Shown here: positions 55,597 to 63,958 of the stretch, piece after piece
Layout: every line of letters starts with the position of its first letter
How positions within the stretch are numbered: position 1 is the stretch's first letter
IMG/VR virus record: IMGVR_UViG_3300027805_000006
Direction: 5' to 3' (one strand)
Source: a virus
Lineage: Duplodnaviria > Caudoviricetes
Length of the DNA stretch: 64,000 nucleotides
Notes under the pieces: generated by a model
What the model was told of the DNA's origin: nothing
The model's database searches: none
What the model saw: the letters and a program-made list of their open reading frames with translations, nothing else
Made by a program: the position numbers and the translations under genes

Positions 55597-55625
55597 TTAA
55601 ATGTTTGGCACTCTATTGGATTATG

Positions 55626-55820
55626 TTACGTGCCTTCAGCCTCTTTCTGCTTCTTGTTGCCTCGCATAAATGCTCCGTAAGTTGTAAATTTCTGCCACCA
55701 AGCATTCTTCTTTTCATGCTTAGGTGTGGTCTTTGCTGGACCAGCACCTCCGCCTTGACGCATCTTGGACATTTCCTTCCGGCGGGCGATGTTGCGGGCA
55801 TTCTTTGATTGGCGTGACAT
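55626..55820 (-). CDS. Small basic protein
   Basis: MSRQSKNARNIARRK...KKNAWWQKF; AAAGGA SD. Confidence 0.7.
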   Translation of the reverse strand: MSRQSKNARNIARRKEMSKMRQGGGAGPAKTTPKHEKKNAWWQKFTTYGAFMRGNKKQKEAEGT

Positions 55821-55843
55821 ATAGTTCCTTTCTATTACGGGTG

Positions 55844-56956
55844 TTAAACATTAACTTGATTGACTAGAATATGCTTGATTGTGCTCAAGCGATACTTATT
55901 GATTTTCTTTTTTATTTTTTCACCATCATCATTATCAACTAGTTCTCGTGGAACTGATTGAAGCGCAGAATTTATTTGCTTAAGGGTGGTGCTGCTCACA
56001 CACATACTATTACCAGCAAGTTCTTGAATCTTTACCAGCATAATTAATTCACCTAGGTGATAGTTTTTATGCTCAAATGCTCTAGCAGATGAGAGTACAT
56101 TCAGTAGTTTGACAGGAGTAATTTTCTTTGCATCCTTCAGTTTGCAGAAGGCAGAATGAAGATTCTTAGATGCAAATGTGTGCAGACTCTTTGAGTCTTC
56201 TGGACAAATAGACATGGTAAAATAAATTACCTTTGATGATTCCATGTAATATTCACATACTTGATTTACGGCGCTTGCAACATCAACAAGACGAAGAATA
56301 TCACTCTTCTTTTTAATAAGACCAGAGAAAAACTTTGAGTGCGAAAAAACACCAAGATCCTTTAAACACTTGATAAAAATATTGAAATTAGGCTCTTCAA
56401 CAGTTTTTGCAAGTATTAGCCAGAAGCGAACATACTGAAGTTCGTCAAGCATCTTTTGCTTTACCATCTTTTTACACAACTTGAAAGTTTTTGTATGGAT
56501 AGTAAAACCAAATTGGCTAAGTCTAGCATACAGATTCGCCACACGAATTACACGCAGGGCATCTTCTGAAAAAGCACTAGACGTGTGGCGTAGCACTTTG
56601 TCTTCAATGTCTCTCTTACCGCCAAATGGATCAATGACTTCACCTGTAGAGAGGTCTTTAGCCATGCTATTGATAGTTAAATCTCTGCGTCTAAGGTCAT
56701 CAACGAGTGAAATTTTTGAATCAGCATCTACAGTAAATCCAGAATATCCTTTTCCAGATTTTACCTCAGTACGTGCGAGAGCATACTGCTCATATGTTTC
56801 TGGGTGAATAAAAATTGGAAATGAAAGACCTACCTTTTCAAATCCTTGTGCTAGCATTTCTTCTTCTGAAGAACCTACAACTACGTAGTCTCTATCCTTC
56901 GGCTCAATGCCAAGAATTTCGTCTCTTACTGCCCCGCCGACCAAATAAATCTGCAT
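55844..56956 (-). CDS. cca: tRNA nucleotidyltransferase (CCA-adding enzyme, class II, no HD domain)
   Basis: YLVGGAVRD.....PKDRDYVV, ALARTE..SGKGY.GF, DL.RRDLTINSMA, DPFGG..D, FSEDALRVIR. Confidence 0.92.
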   Translation of the reverse strand: MQIYLVGGAVRDEILGIEPKDRDYVVVGSSEEEMLAQGFEKVGLSFPIFIHPETYEQYALARTEVKSGKGYSGFTVDADSKISLVDDLRRRDLTINSMAKDLSTGEVIDPFGGKRDIEDKVLRHTSSAFSEDALRVIRVANLYARLSQFGFTIHTKTFKLCKKMVKQKMLDELQYVRFWLILAKTVEEPNFNIFIKCLKDLGVFSHSKFFSGLIKKKSDILRLVDVASAVNQVCEYYMESSKVIYFTMSICPEDSKSLHTFASKNLHSAFCKLKDAKKITPVKLLNVLSSARAFEHKNYHLGELIMLVKIQELAGNSMCVSSTTLKQINSALQSVPRELVDNDDGEKIKKKINKYRLSTIKHILVNQVNV

Positions 56957-56961
56957 TCAGA

Positions 56962-57360
56962 TTACCATGCCAGCAGTTGTTGTACATCCACATTGAATGA
57001 AATATAGTCCTTACCCTGCAAACTCAATTTTGCATTTGTGAGTGTATCCTTGGCAATTTCTTGTTCCTTTAGCAACTGCTCTATGTTAATCTGCAGGTTC
57101 ATGTCAGTGATGGCATGTCCTGTTACTTCAGAATTATAGTTGTCTAGAAAAATTCTAAAGACCGCTATAATTTCACAAGCATCATCGCTAAAAGCCTCAA
57201 ACTCAAGGTCATAGCACGTGATCCTGCATGTAATGGGATAAACGCACTGACCGTACTTTCCATTGCCATCCTCACCAAAAAAGGTAAGTGACTTGCCATA
57301 AAACGCCCTGTCTAGCAGTACTAGACATTCATCCTTGACGTAATCAGCAGTTCCCTTCAT
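56962..57360 (-). CDS. Hypothetical protein (start revised to MKGTADY)
   Basis: ATGA overlap with the upstream small ORF. Confidence 0.65.
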   Translation of the reverse strand: MKGTADYVKDECLVLLDRAFYGKSLTFFGEDGNGKYGQCVYPITCRITCYDLEFEAFSDDACEIIAVFRIFLDNYNSEVTGHAITDMNLQINIEQLLKEQEIAKDTLTNAKLSLQGKDYISFNVDVQQLLAW

Positions 57361-57512
57361 CGGAACATCTCTTCCCCGGCTTCTTTCCAACGCACCTGAG
57401 CCAACTTGCGCTTTCGCGTATCCCGCTTGTCATGCTCTCCTGCTTTCCTAAGCATAGAAGGAACAACAAAAGGGTTACGCGGCTTACGAGTACGAACAGT
57501 AATCTTTTCCAT
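57357..57512 (-). CDS. Small basic protein (51 aa, MEKITVRTRKPRNPFVVPSMLRKAGEHDKRDTRKRKLAQVRWKEAGEEMFR)
   Basis: Read by hand; first ORF after the 57548-57575 promoter. Confidence 0.65.
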   Translation of the reverse strand: MEKITVRTRKPRNPFVVPSMLRKAGEHDKRDTRKRKLAQVRWKEAGEEMFR

Positions 57513-57547
57513 TTTAGAAAGTCACAGAAAGTTGTTTAGATGATGGT

Positions 57548-57600
57548 ATTATACACTGCGGCTGGTAAATGTACACTAAAAGTGTGTTATAAATGTAACA
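57548..57600 (-). promoter_or_regulatory. Sigma70-like promoter TGTACA-16-TATAAT with upstream TGTTAC-N4-ATAACA site
   Basis: -10 at 57553-48, -35 at 57575-70, motif at 57585-57600. Confidence 0.6.
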
Positions 57601-57808
57601 GTTCAGGAGAAATATCTACATCTATTTCCCACCGTGTATTTTCCATATCAAGGTTAACGCTTTTAATTTTGGCGCCGGGATACTTTTTAGAAACAAAATT
57701 TACTATTCTGCTCTTCTCAGTTGGCACCATTACTAGTTGTTTTTCTAGCAGCAAATGGTCGGCAATAATTTCTTCCTGCTCAATTGAGCATTCCAAAAAC
57801 TGCATCAT
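57587..57808 (-). CDS. Hypothetical protein
   Basis: ORF coupled by ATGA overlap. Confidence 0.6.
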   Translation of the reverse strand: MMQFLECSIEQEEIIADHLLLEKQLVMVPTEKSRIVNFVSKKYPGAKIKSVNLDMENTRWEIDVDISPELLHL

Positions 57809-58038
57809 AGTTTATTTTGGTCCCTCAAAATCTGTATCTTGTCATAGATTGAAAGTAGATCTCTTGATGCCTGATTTACTTGAGAAACTTGTGACACGAC
57901 TGGAATATGACCTAAGTCCCTAAAATCTTCTAGAAGTGAATTCAAGTCAATTATGCTTTTCTGCATTTTGCCTAAGGTCTTTGCAAACTTGTCATCAAGT
58001 TGAATTCCGCGGTGTAGTTTCTTATCTCTTTCATCCAT
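57805..58038 (-). CDS. Hypothetical coiled-coil protein
   Basis: ORF within the operon. Confidence 0.6.
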   Translation of the reverse strand: MDERDKKLHRGIQLDDKFAKTLGKMQKSIIDLNSLLEDFRDLGHIPVVSQVSQVNQASRDLLSIYDKIQILRDQNKL

Positions 58039-58040
58039 TT

Positions 58041-58412
58041 TTATTCTCCGTCTGAAATACTATTTATTTTGCAGGATCGCGTCAGGCACTTTCCGCCACT
58101 TAGAACTACAAAGTTACTCGTATAAATTGGTTCTCCGTCTAACATAAAACAATTATTCTTGTAAGGATTATACTTTACTTCGGTGAGTGGCTGACCAGAA
58201 ATATCAATATCTGCCTTCAATACGTCACGTGCAACTGCAAATGCATGCACATTTTTTACATTTTCAGAAATTACACGTTGCCTTCCCTTTTCATTTACCA
58301 CAAATTTCACACCGAAAAGGACAGCTTCCTGTACTCGGTCAATTACTTTTCCTCGATACCTAACACTAAATCCCTTTGTTCTTAGATTTCTATATATGAA
58401 ATAGTTTGCCAT
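58041..58412 (-). CDS. Conserved-type hypothetical phage protein
   Basis: YRNL....FSVR...KV......KF.V...GRQRV....KNVHAF pattern. Confidence 0.7.
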   Translation of the reverse strand: MANYFIYRNLRTKGFSVRYRGKVIDRVQEAVLFGVKFVVNEKGRQRVISENVKNVHAFAVARDVLKADIDISGQPLTEVKYNPYKNNCFMLDGEPIYTSNFVVLSGGKCLTRSCKINSISDGE

Positions 58413-58475
58413 TTTTATCCCTTTTGATGTATTTTACACATTTTTTGCTTATCTTAATCTAAATAGATTGGTTGA

Positions 58476-59537
58476 ATGGAGACCCATATGTCAAAAAGCA
58501 TCTTTTTGCTCAAAAGAAGAGACGATTACAATCAGGATCCCAGTTATAGCGGATCATATCAGATTGCCACTGGTATGTGGAATTCTGCCAACTTTGTCAG
58601 CGAAATGCTGGTAGAAAATAATCGAGATTCATTTGTGGAGATGGTAATTGACTCTAATGCAATTGATGCATCAGTTACATCATATAACCCAAACTTTGTT
58701 TTTATTGAGGGGCTGTGGGTTACACCAGCAAAGATGCTTGAATTGATTTCAATTCCACGTCACTCTACTCGCACCTGGGTAGTACGAATCCACTCTGAGA
58801 TTCCATTTCTTTCAACAGAAGGAATTGCAATGGAGTGGATTGCAGAATATCTAAGACTTGGGATTGTTGTTGCACCAAATGCTCCTAGGGCTCATCAGCA
58901 GTTGAAGTGGTTTGCGGAAAGACTGGGTCTTTCCTCTTTGCAAGTAGAACAGCAGGTAGTCTACCTACCAAATTCATATCCAACAGATTTTGACCCTATT
59001 TCTGGTCTCAATACCTCTTCAAAGTCACACATCGACGTTGCATGCTTTGGTGCATTTAGACCACTTAAGAATCACCTTCAGCAGGTCTTTATCGCTAGTA
59101 GATTTGCTGATTCCATTGGAAAGCCACTAAGATTCCATGTCAATAATCGACTCGACAGTGGCGGGTCACCTATCTCAAAGAACGTCAAAGAGACAGTTGA
59201 GGAAATGGGTCACATAGTCGTAGAACATCCATGGGAAGATAGAAGTACCTTTCTGCAGAGCCTAAGAGATTGTGACCTTCTACTTCAAGTATCAATGTCA
59301 GAAACGTTTAACATTGTGGCTGCAGATGCTACCTATGTCGGGCGCCCCATACTTGTTTCAAATGAGATTCCTTGGGTACATCCACTATTTGCAGACCCAC
59401 AGAATGTAGATAAGTCTTTGAAGGCACTAGAAGCCATCTGGTCAAACAAGTCATACTATGTGCAAAACAACCGAAGAGGTCTGCAGAAGTACGTAACATC
59501 AAGCAAAGTTGTCTGGACAAACTACATCCCACAGTAA
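58476..59537 (+). CDS. Glycosyltransferase-like protein (GT-B fold, GT4-like)
   Basis: CFGAFRPLKNH...CDLLLQVSMSETFNIVAADA...RPILVS. TAAATA at 58460-65. Confidence 0.7.
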   Translation: METHMSKSIFLLKRRDDYNQDPSYSGSYQIATGMWNSANFVSEMLVENNRDSFVEMVIDSNAIDASVTSYNPNFVFIEGLWVTPAKMLELISIPRHSTRTWVVRIHSEIPFLSTEGIAMEWIAEYLRLGIVVAPNAPRAHQQLKWFAERLGLSSLQVEQQVVYLPNSYPTDFDPISGLNTSSKSHIDVACFGAFRPLKNHLQQVFIASRFADSIGKPLRFHVNNRLDSGGSPISKNVKETVEEMGHIVVEHPWEDRSTFLQSLRDCDLLLQVSMSETFNIVAADATYVGRPILVSNEIPWVHPLFADPQNVDKSLKALEAIWSNKSYYVQNNRRGLQKYVTSSKVVWTNYIPQ

Positions 59538-59541
59538 AAAT

Positions 59542-59564
59542 AAAGGGCTCTTTAAGAGCCCTTT
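59542..59564. terminator. Bidirectional intrinsic terminator AAAGGGCTCT-TTA-AGAGCCCTTT
   Basis: Between convergent genes, with A/T tracts on both sides. Confidence 0.8.
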
Positions 59565-59581
59565 TCGTTATTGTTAAAAGA

Positions 59582-59836
59582 TTAGCGAATAACCTTCAAC
59601 TTTGGATCAAGGTGCGAGAGGGCAAAATTTCCCATTCCAAGCACCAACTGGCGGATGCTGTTGGAGCCCATAATCATTGCCATTGCCTTTCGCACATTTT
59701 CGGGGCGGGCACCTTCAGTTGCATTCACACGGTCAATTGCCATACCCTTGGCAACCATAAGATTGGCGGCCTTTTCAATCTGACCCATAAAAGCAAAATC
59801 AAAGAAACCAGTTCCACGATCAACAGCCATTTTCAC
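59582..59836 (-). CDS. Hypothetical protein
   Basis: AAAGGAG SD; upstream sigma70-like promoter and TAAATA. Confidence 0.7.
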   Translation of the reverse strand: MKMAVDRGTGFFDFAFMGQIEKAANLMVAKGMAIDRVNATEGARPENVRKAMAMIMGSNSIRQLVLGMGNFALSHLDPKLKVIR

Positions 59837-59875
59837 TTCTCCTTTAGCGTGTCTAGTTATTTAGACAACTTTTAT

Positions 59876-59904
59876 ATCTTAACACCATCTAGATTAAATG
59901 TACA
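59876..59904 (-). promoter_or_regulatory. Sigma70-like promoter TGTACA-17-TAAGAT
   Basis: -35 at 59904-899 and -10 at 59881-876. Confidence 0.6.
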
Positions 59905-59949
59905 CCGCCAAATTGTAACAAATTGTATCATTAATGTTACACGGTGTAA

Positions 59950-60024
59950 TACTAAGTAACATTTATGTTACTTTTACTAAGTAACATTTATGTTACTTTT
60001 ACTAAGTAACATTTATGTTACTTT
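59950..60024. repeat. Three exact 25-bp tandem repeats, each holding the palindrome AAGTAACAT-TT-ATGTTACTT
   Basis: Unit TACTAAGTAACATTTATGTTACTTT at 59950, 59975 and 60000. Confidence 0.95.
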
Positions 60025-60776
60025 TTTCTTTGTTTTACTACTTTTGTCACTTTTACTGGCACATAAAAGTTGGTATCTCCCAGCATCTTTCTCAGTTTGA
60101 TTAGGTCATTCCAACGTTCTCTAGTATTCTGAGATCCTAGAATTACTATTGTTACCATATTGTAGTTGACTTCCATCACCGTAACTAGACAGCCACCCGC
60201 CCTTTTAATAAATCCTGTCTTTGAAAGGTAGAACTTCCAGCCCTCTTTGTTTAAGAACGGATTGGTGTTTATTCTTTCGCCTATGGTTGTTTTATCCCGA
60301 ACTGAGATGCTTGCGAGTTCTGTTCGATAAAGTTCTCTTGCGCTTTCAGCAATCTTTCTAGCGGTTGATTGGTTCAATTCATCTAGACCACTTCCTTCAA
60401 CGAGCGTAGCATTTGCAACCGATGAAAGTTCAGTAACACGCCCAAGTGCCTTGGCAGCGGCATTGTCAGAAGAAACTAAAGACAATTCAGTAAGTTCTCT
60501 TCGCGTATAAAACTGACCTGCTTTAAGAGGTGTAAATGTTCTTCCACCATTTCTTATATCTTCTTTAGTGACCTCGATCATTTCATTTTGGTCAAGAGAG
60601 GCGCTCTGCTGCGCAACAAACATCTTGGTGATGCTTGCGATAGGGCGAACATCATCGATATTTTTCTGCAGCAGAATATTTCCCTGCATATCCGTCACAA
60701 TAAACGATGATGCAGAAATTGAAAAAGCAGAACTGGAAAATATTAGGCAGAAGAGCCAGAAGATGGCTTTGAACAC
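60018..60776 (-). CDS. Peptidase S11 D-alanyl-D-alanine endo/carboxypeptidase (PBP7/PbpG-like), secreted
   Basis: Signal peptide, PIASITKM (SxxK), SSDNAA (SxN) and SKTGFI..AG.CL (KTG). Confidence 0.88.
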   Translation of the reverse strand: MFKAIFWLFCLIFSSSAFSISASSFIVTDMQGNILLQKNIDDVRPIASITKMFVAQQSASLDQNEMIEVTKEDIRNGGRTFTPLKAGQFYTRRELTELSLVSSDNAAAKALGRVTELSSVANATLVEGSGLDELNQSTARKIAESARELYRTELASISVRDKTTIGERINTNPFLNKEGWKFYLSKTGFIKRAGGCLVTVMEVNYNMVTIVILGSQNTRERWNDLIKLRKMLGDTNFYVPVKVTKVVKQRKK

Positions 60777-60916
60777 TTTTCTTGTTGTGGTTTAGACTTT
60801 TCAGTAGAAGAAGGTTCCTGCTTCTTTGCAAAAATTCTTTCCCAGCCAGTTCTATATTGGTCTGTGCTCTGTTTTGTTTTTAAAGCATCACCGGTAATGT
60901 CATTTTTTGCAGTCAT
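60743..60916 (-). CDS. Small phage protein (57 aa, MTAKNDITGDALKTKQSTDQYRTGWERIFAKK...)
   Basis: Read by hand; the KNDITGD...Y..GW..IF motif is recalled from large phages. Confidence 0.6.
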   Translation of the reverse strand: MTAKNDITGDALKTKQSTDQYRTGWERIFAKKQEPSSTEKSKPQQEKCSKPSSGSSA

Positions 60917-61673
60917 TCGACTTTACTAGTTTTTCATTGTACTTAAGAAGGGCATTTGTTGCTTCAGGATTTATTCCAACACTTTCTGCCCAAGCACACC
61001 ACGCGTATACATCCTTTGGAATACACTTGCTATTTGCACCTCTTTTATCAGGGTAAACGAATGTCCACCATAAATTCATTCTAGGATCGTCTCCATACAC
61101 TGCGTCGCGTACGGTGTAATAATCAACTCCTGCGGCCTCACACGCGTCATACAGTTCCTGACACTGCATTACTTTGTAGAAAATTGCACGATTTTCACTA
61201 AACTTGATTACTTCTGCTTCAAGTCTAGATACCTGTCTAATTCTAACATTCGCATTATAAACTGTAGCATAGCAATCAATTACTTTACGTCTATCTTCAG
61301 GATCTCCGCCTAAAATCATAAATTGACGGCTGTCCATCTGCAGCATTGGATGTGCAGGGGTTTCTCCCAAATATTCAGGCTGAACAACTATTCTCTTGTT
61401 ATACTTTTTTGCCATCTTGTCTGCAAAGCCAGGTTGAGTTGCAGATCTAATAACAACAAAGTCACAATTACAGTTTGCAATTGCATCTTCTACAGCAGAA
61501 CAATCAAGTTCTGGACCACCAGTCCAGGGCGTAGGAACAGCCAAAAAGCAAATATCACAATTTTCTAGCGGTCTAGAATATTCATCAATAAACTTATCAT
61601 AAATCTGTGCATGTGGAAAAAGCCGTTCTGTTGCTTTACCAATCCATCCATAACCAACAATTCCTACTTTCAT
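60900..61673 (-). CDS. UDP-glucose/GDP-mannose dehydrogenase-family protein (short, lacks C-terminal domain)
   Basis: GIVGYGWIG, FLAVPTP, RSA..PG, PEYLGE, AEVIKFSEN, KCIPKD (catalytic Cys). Confidence 0.85.
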   Translation of the reverse strand: MKVGIVGYGWIGKATERLFPHAQIYDKFIDEYSRPLENCDICFLAVPTPWTGGPELDCSAVEDAIANCNCDFVVIRSATQPGFADKMAKKYNKRIVVQPEYLGETPAHPMLQMDSRQFMILGGDPEDRRKVIDCYATVYNANVRIRQVSRLEAEVIKFSENRAIFYKVMQCQELYDACEAAGVDYYTVRDAVYGDDPRMNLWWTFVYPDKRGANSKCIPKDVYAWCAWAESVGINPEATNALLKYNEKLVKSNDCKK

Positions 61674-61694
61674 AGTGGTAACCTATCTATGTGT

Positions 61695-62999
61695 TTATTT
61701 TTTGGGTGAAAAACCGATTTTTTCTCCAGGAACAAATGGAAAATTATTCTTTTCAAGATATTCATGAAGAACGCTTTTATATTTACTATTCTTAACTGAG
61801 GCTTTCAACCATAAAAATTCCTGTACGAGAGCAGTATCTAAAAATGGATATCGCGTTTCTATTCCATAATGACCCGCAACATATTCCTCTTTGTTTAGAT
61901 ATTGAATTTGCGTTCCATCCCAAAAACTGTGCCAAGGAAAAAAGCCTTCCAAACGCTCTGGAAATAATCCGCCAAATGAACTATGATCATATATTTTTCT
62001 GCCCGCAAAACCATAATCGCTAATAATTTCATCAGCACCTTGTCCAGAAAAATATATTCTCCTCTTTTCATTATTTGCTCTTGTACAAATTGCTGCTAGA
62101 CCAACTGATGCATTGTCCGCTTTTATGTCATAGTCCTTAAACCTATCTTTATACTTAAAGTCTTCACAGTATGACATTAATTCAGAAAGATGAAAATTGT
62201 ATTCTTCCCTACTTATATCAATTAATTCTGTATCCTCTAAAATATGAGTTCTTTGTTCAAGTATATTCATATTTTCTTTATTGATAATAGAATATGCTTT
62301 AAATGGAACTTTTTGTTTATGAAGTTCACAAGATATTGCACCGCTATCATAACCAGAACTTAATCCCAAGAACATAGTGTACGGGGTATTTGCTGTTCTT
62401 TTTCTGATACTTTCTGAAAAAGCAACTAACCAGTCATCACAATTTGACTTGTGCTGATTTAAATCAAAAGAAATATTTTTTATTTCTTGCTTTAACCTAA
62501 GGGTTTTTAAATCATAGATCCTCGTGGTATTAGCGCTTAACTTTTTTGAATTTTCAAATCCAAGTCCAGTTAATTGACTTTGATAAGAAGAAACACCAAA
62601 GTGATCTTGGTCAAAAGCATACCATAATGGTTTACAGGAAAAAGTATCTGTCGCTATCAACACTATATTATTTGTAAAGTCTATTAAACAAAGAGCAAAT
62701 TCACCATCGAGGTGTTTTACGAACGAAATACCCTTATCTTTGTACTGATCAATTATGCAAAATCCATCACTCTTATAATCACCAAATTTTTTATAATTGT
62801 ATATCTCGCCATTAAACACACATACTATATCACCATCAATGAATGGTTGCGGGGTAATTTCTCCGGTAATATGCAGAAGATTGTGCAGAAATTCTACATT
62901 GTTTACAACTTTTACAGAAGTTAAATCTGGCCCCCGCTTTATGCAGAAGCGATTTGTCTTTTCAAGACCGATCTTATTCGTTACTCCAAAACCACACAT
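61695..62999 (-). CDS. Asparagine synthetase B-like glutamine amidotransferase
   Basis: N-terminal MCG (Ntn Cys), FNGEIYNY, LSSGYDS, FSGQGADEI, ETRYPFLD. Confidence 0.88.
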   Translation of the reverse strand: MCGFGVTNKIGLEKTNRFCIKRGPDLTSVKVVNNVEFLHNLLHITGEITPQPFIDGDIVCVFNGEIYNYKKFGDYKSDGFCIIDQYKDKGISFVKHLDGEFALCLIDFTNNIVLIATDTFSCKPLWYAFDQDHFGVSSYQSQLTGLGFENSKKLSANTTRIYDLKTLRLKQEIKNISFDLNQHKSNCDDWLVAFSESIRKRTANTPYTMFLGLSSGYDSGAISCELHKQKVPFKAYSIINKENMNILEQRTHILEDTELIDISREEYNFHLSELMSYCEDFKYKDRFKDYDIKADNASVGLAAICTRANNEKRRIYFSGQGADEIISDYGFAGRKIYDHSSFGGLFPERLEGFFPWHSFWDGTQIQYLNKEEYVAGHYGIETRYPFLDTALVQEFLWLKASVKNSKYKSVLHEYLEKNNFPFVPGEKIGFSPKK

Positions 63000-63006
63000 A
63001 TTTTTC

Positions 63007-63957
63007 CTAATAACAACCTGAATAGATTTTATGTCTACTCAACGTGTTCTCAAGTTCATTAATAACAAAAGGTTTGAAATCATCTGTAGAAAAATCTAAC
63101 ATTTTTCCAGCAATTTTTTGACCTTCACCACTTAAAAAACCGCCTAACGGGAAAAAGGTAAGTTCACCCACAAAAATTCTAGAATGTGTTTGGTACATAT
63201 CAACACGCAAATACTTCCAACCGGCTGAAAGTTTTTCCGCAATATCCTTCATTTCTTCCCACTTGTGTGGAATATTAAATTCATTTGTTCTGCCAAGAAG
63301 TGTATTGAAATGAAAATCCAGATTTTTTCCGTTAATATCTACGTTTATTTCCTTTGATACCGAGTTACCTCTTCCTTCAATATATTGAATCCATTTTATT
63401 TTACCATTCACACAGTGAAATTTAAAATCAGCAGGTGGGATATTTGAAACAGGTCCGATATATTCTTCTGCGAATATCTGTGGTTGAATGTAAGAATACA
63501 TCCATTCTCCATATTTCCAACCATACGCAAGGTTTATTGCCTGTTCAAGTTGACTTTTTATGCTTGATAAATTGAACATACTTCCGTCTTTAATTAAAAA
63601 AACGGTGCCTGAATTATTATTAACTTTTAAAACATAAGACGTTGGTAGGTTACAATTAGCAATTTCACTTGCCCTTTTAAATTTTGCAAAAATTGTTGGG
63701 GTAAAACCTGCACCAATTCTGGTTTCAATATAGTGTCTAACAACAACTTTATCAGATAGACTTACGTGAAGTTTAGACTGATCAAATAATTTTAACCACT
63801 GTATTTTAGAATTAAAATCTTGAGGTTTAACTAAATCGGGAAAGCATTTTAGTTTTGAGAAATAGAAAGTATGAATATTTTCATATATTTCCTGAATTTC
63901 GCCAGTTAATGGTACAATTTTACTATCTTCTTGCCATTTTTCTTTAAGTTTAGTCAT
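63007..63957 (-). CDS. TupA-like ATP-grasp protein (polysaccharide amino-acid ligase family)
   Basis: P.DFNSKIQWLKL, DK..VR.YI, VLK.NNNSG, EEYI...DFKFHC.NGK, LRVDMY...GELTFFP. Confidence 0.85.
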   Translation of the reverse strand: MTKLKEKWQEDSKIVPLTGEIQEIYENIHTFYFSKLKCFPDLVKPQDFNSKIQWLKLFDQSKLHVSLSDKVVVRHYIETRIGAGFTPTIFAKFKRASEIANCNLPTSYVLKVNNNSGTVFLIKDGSMFNLSSIKSQLEQAINLAYGWKYGEWMYSYIQPQIFAEEYIGPVSNIPPADFKFHCVNGKIKWIQYIEGRGNSVSKEINVDINGKNLDFHFNTLLGRTNEFNIPHKWEEMKDIAEKLSAGWKYLRVDMYQTHSRIFVGELTFFPLGGFLSGEGQKIAGKMLDFSTDDFKPFVINELENTLSRHKIYSGCY

Positions 63958-63958
63958 A

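Noticed and set aside
59950-60024. CRISPR mini-array
   Set aside because: The three 25-bp palindromic repeats are directly adjacent with no spacers, and there are no cas genes in the window.
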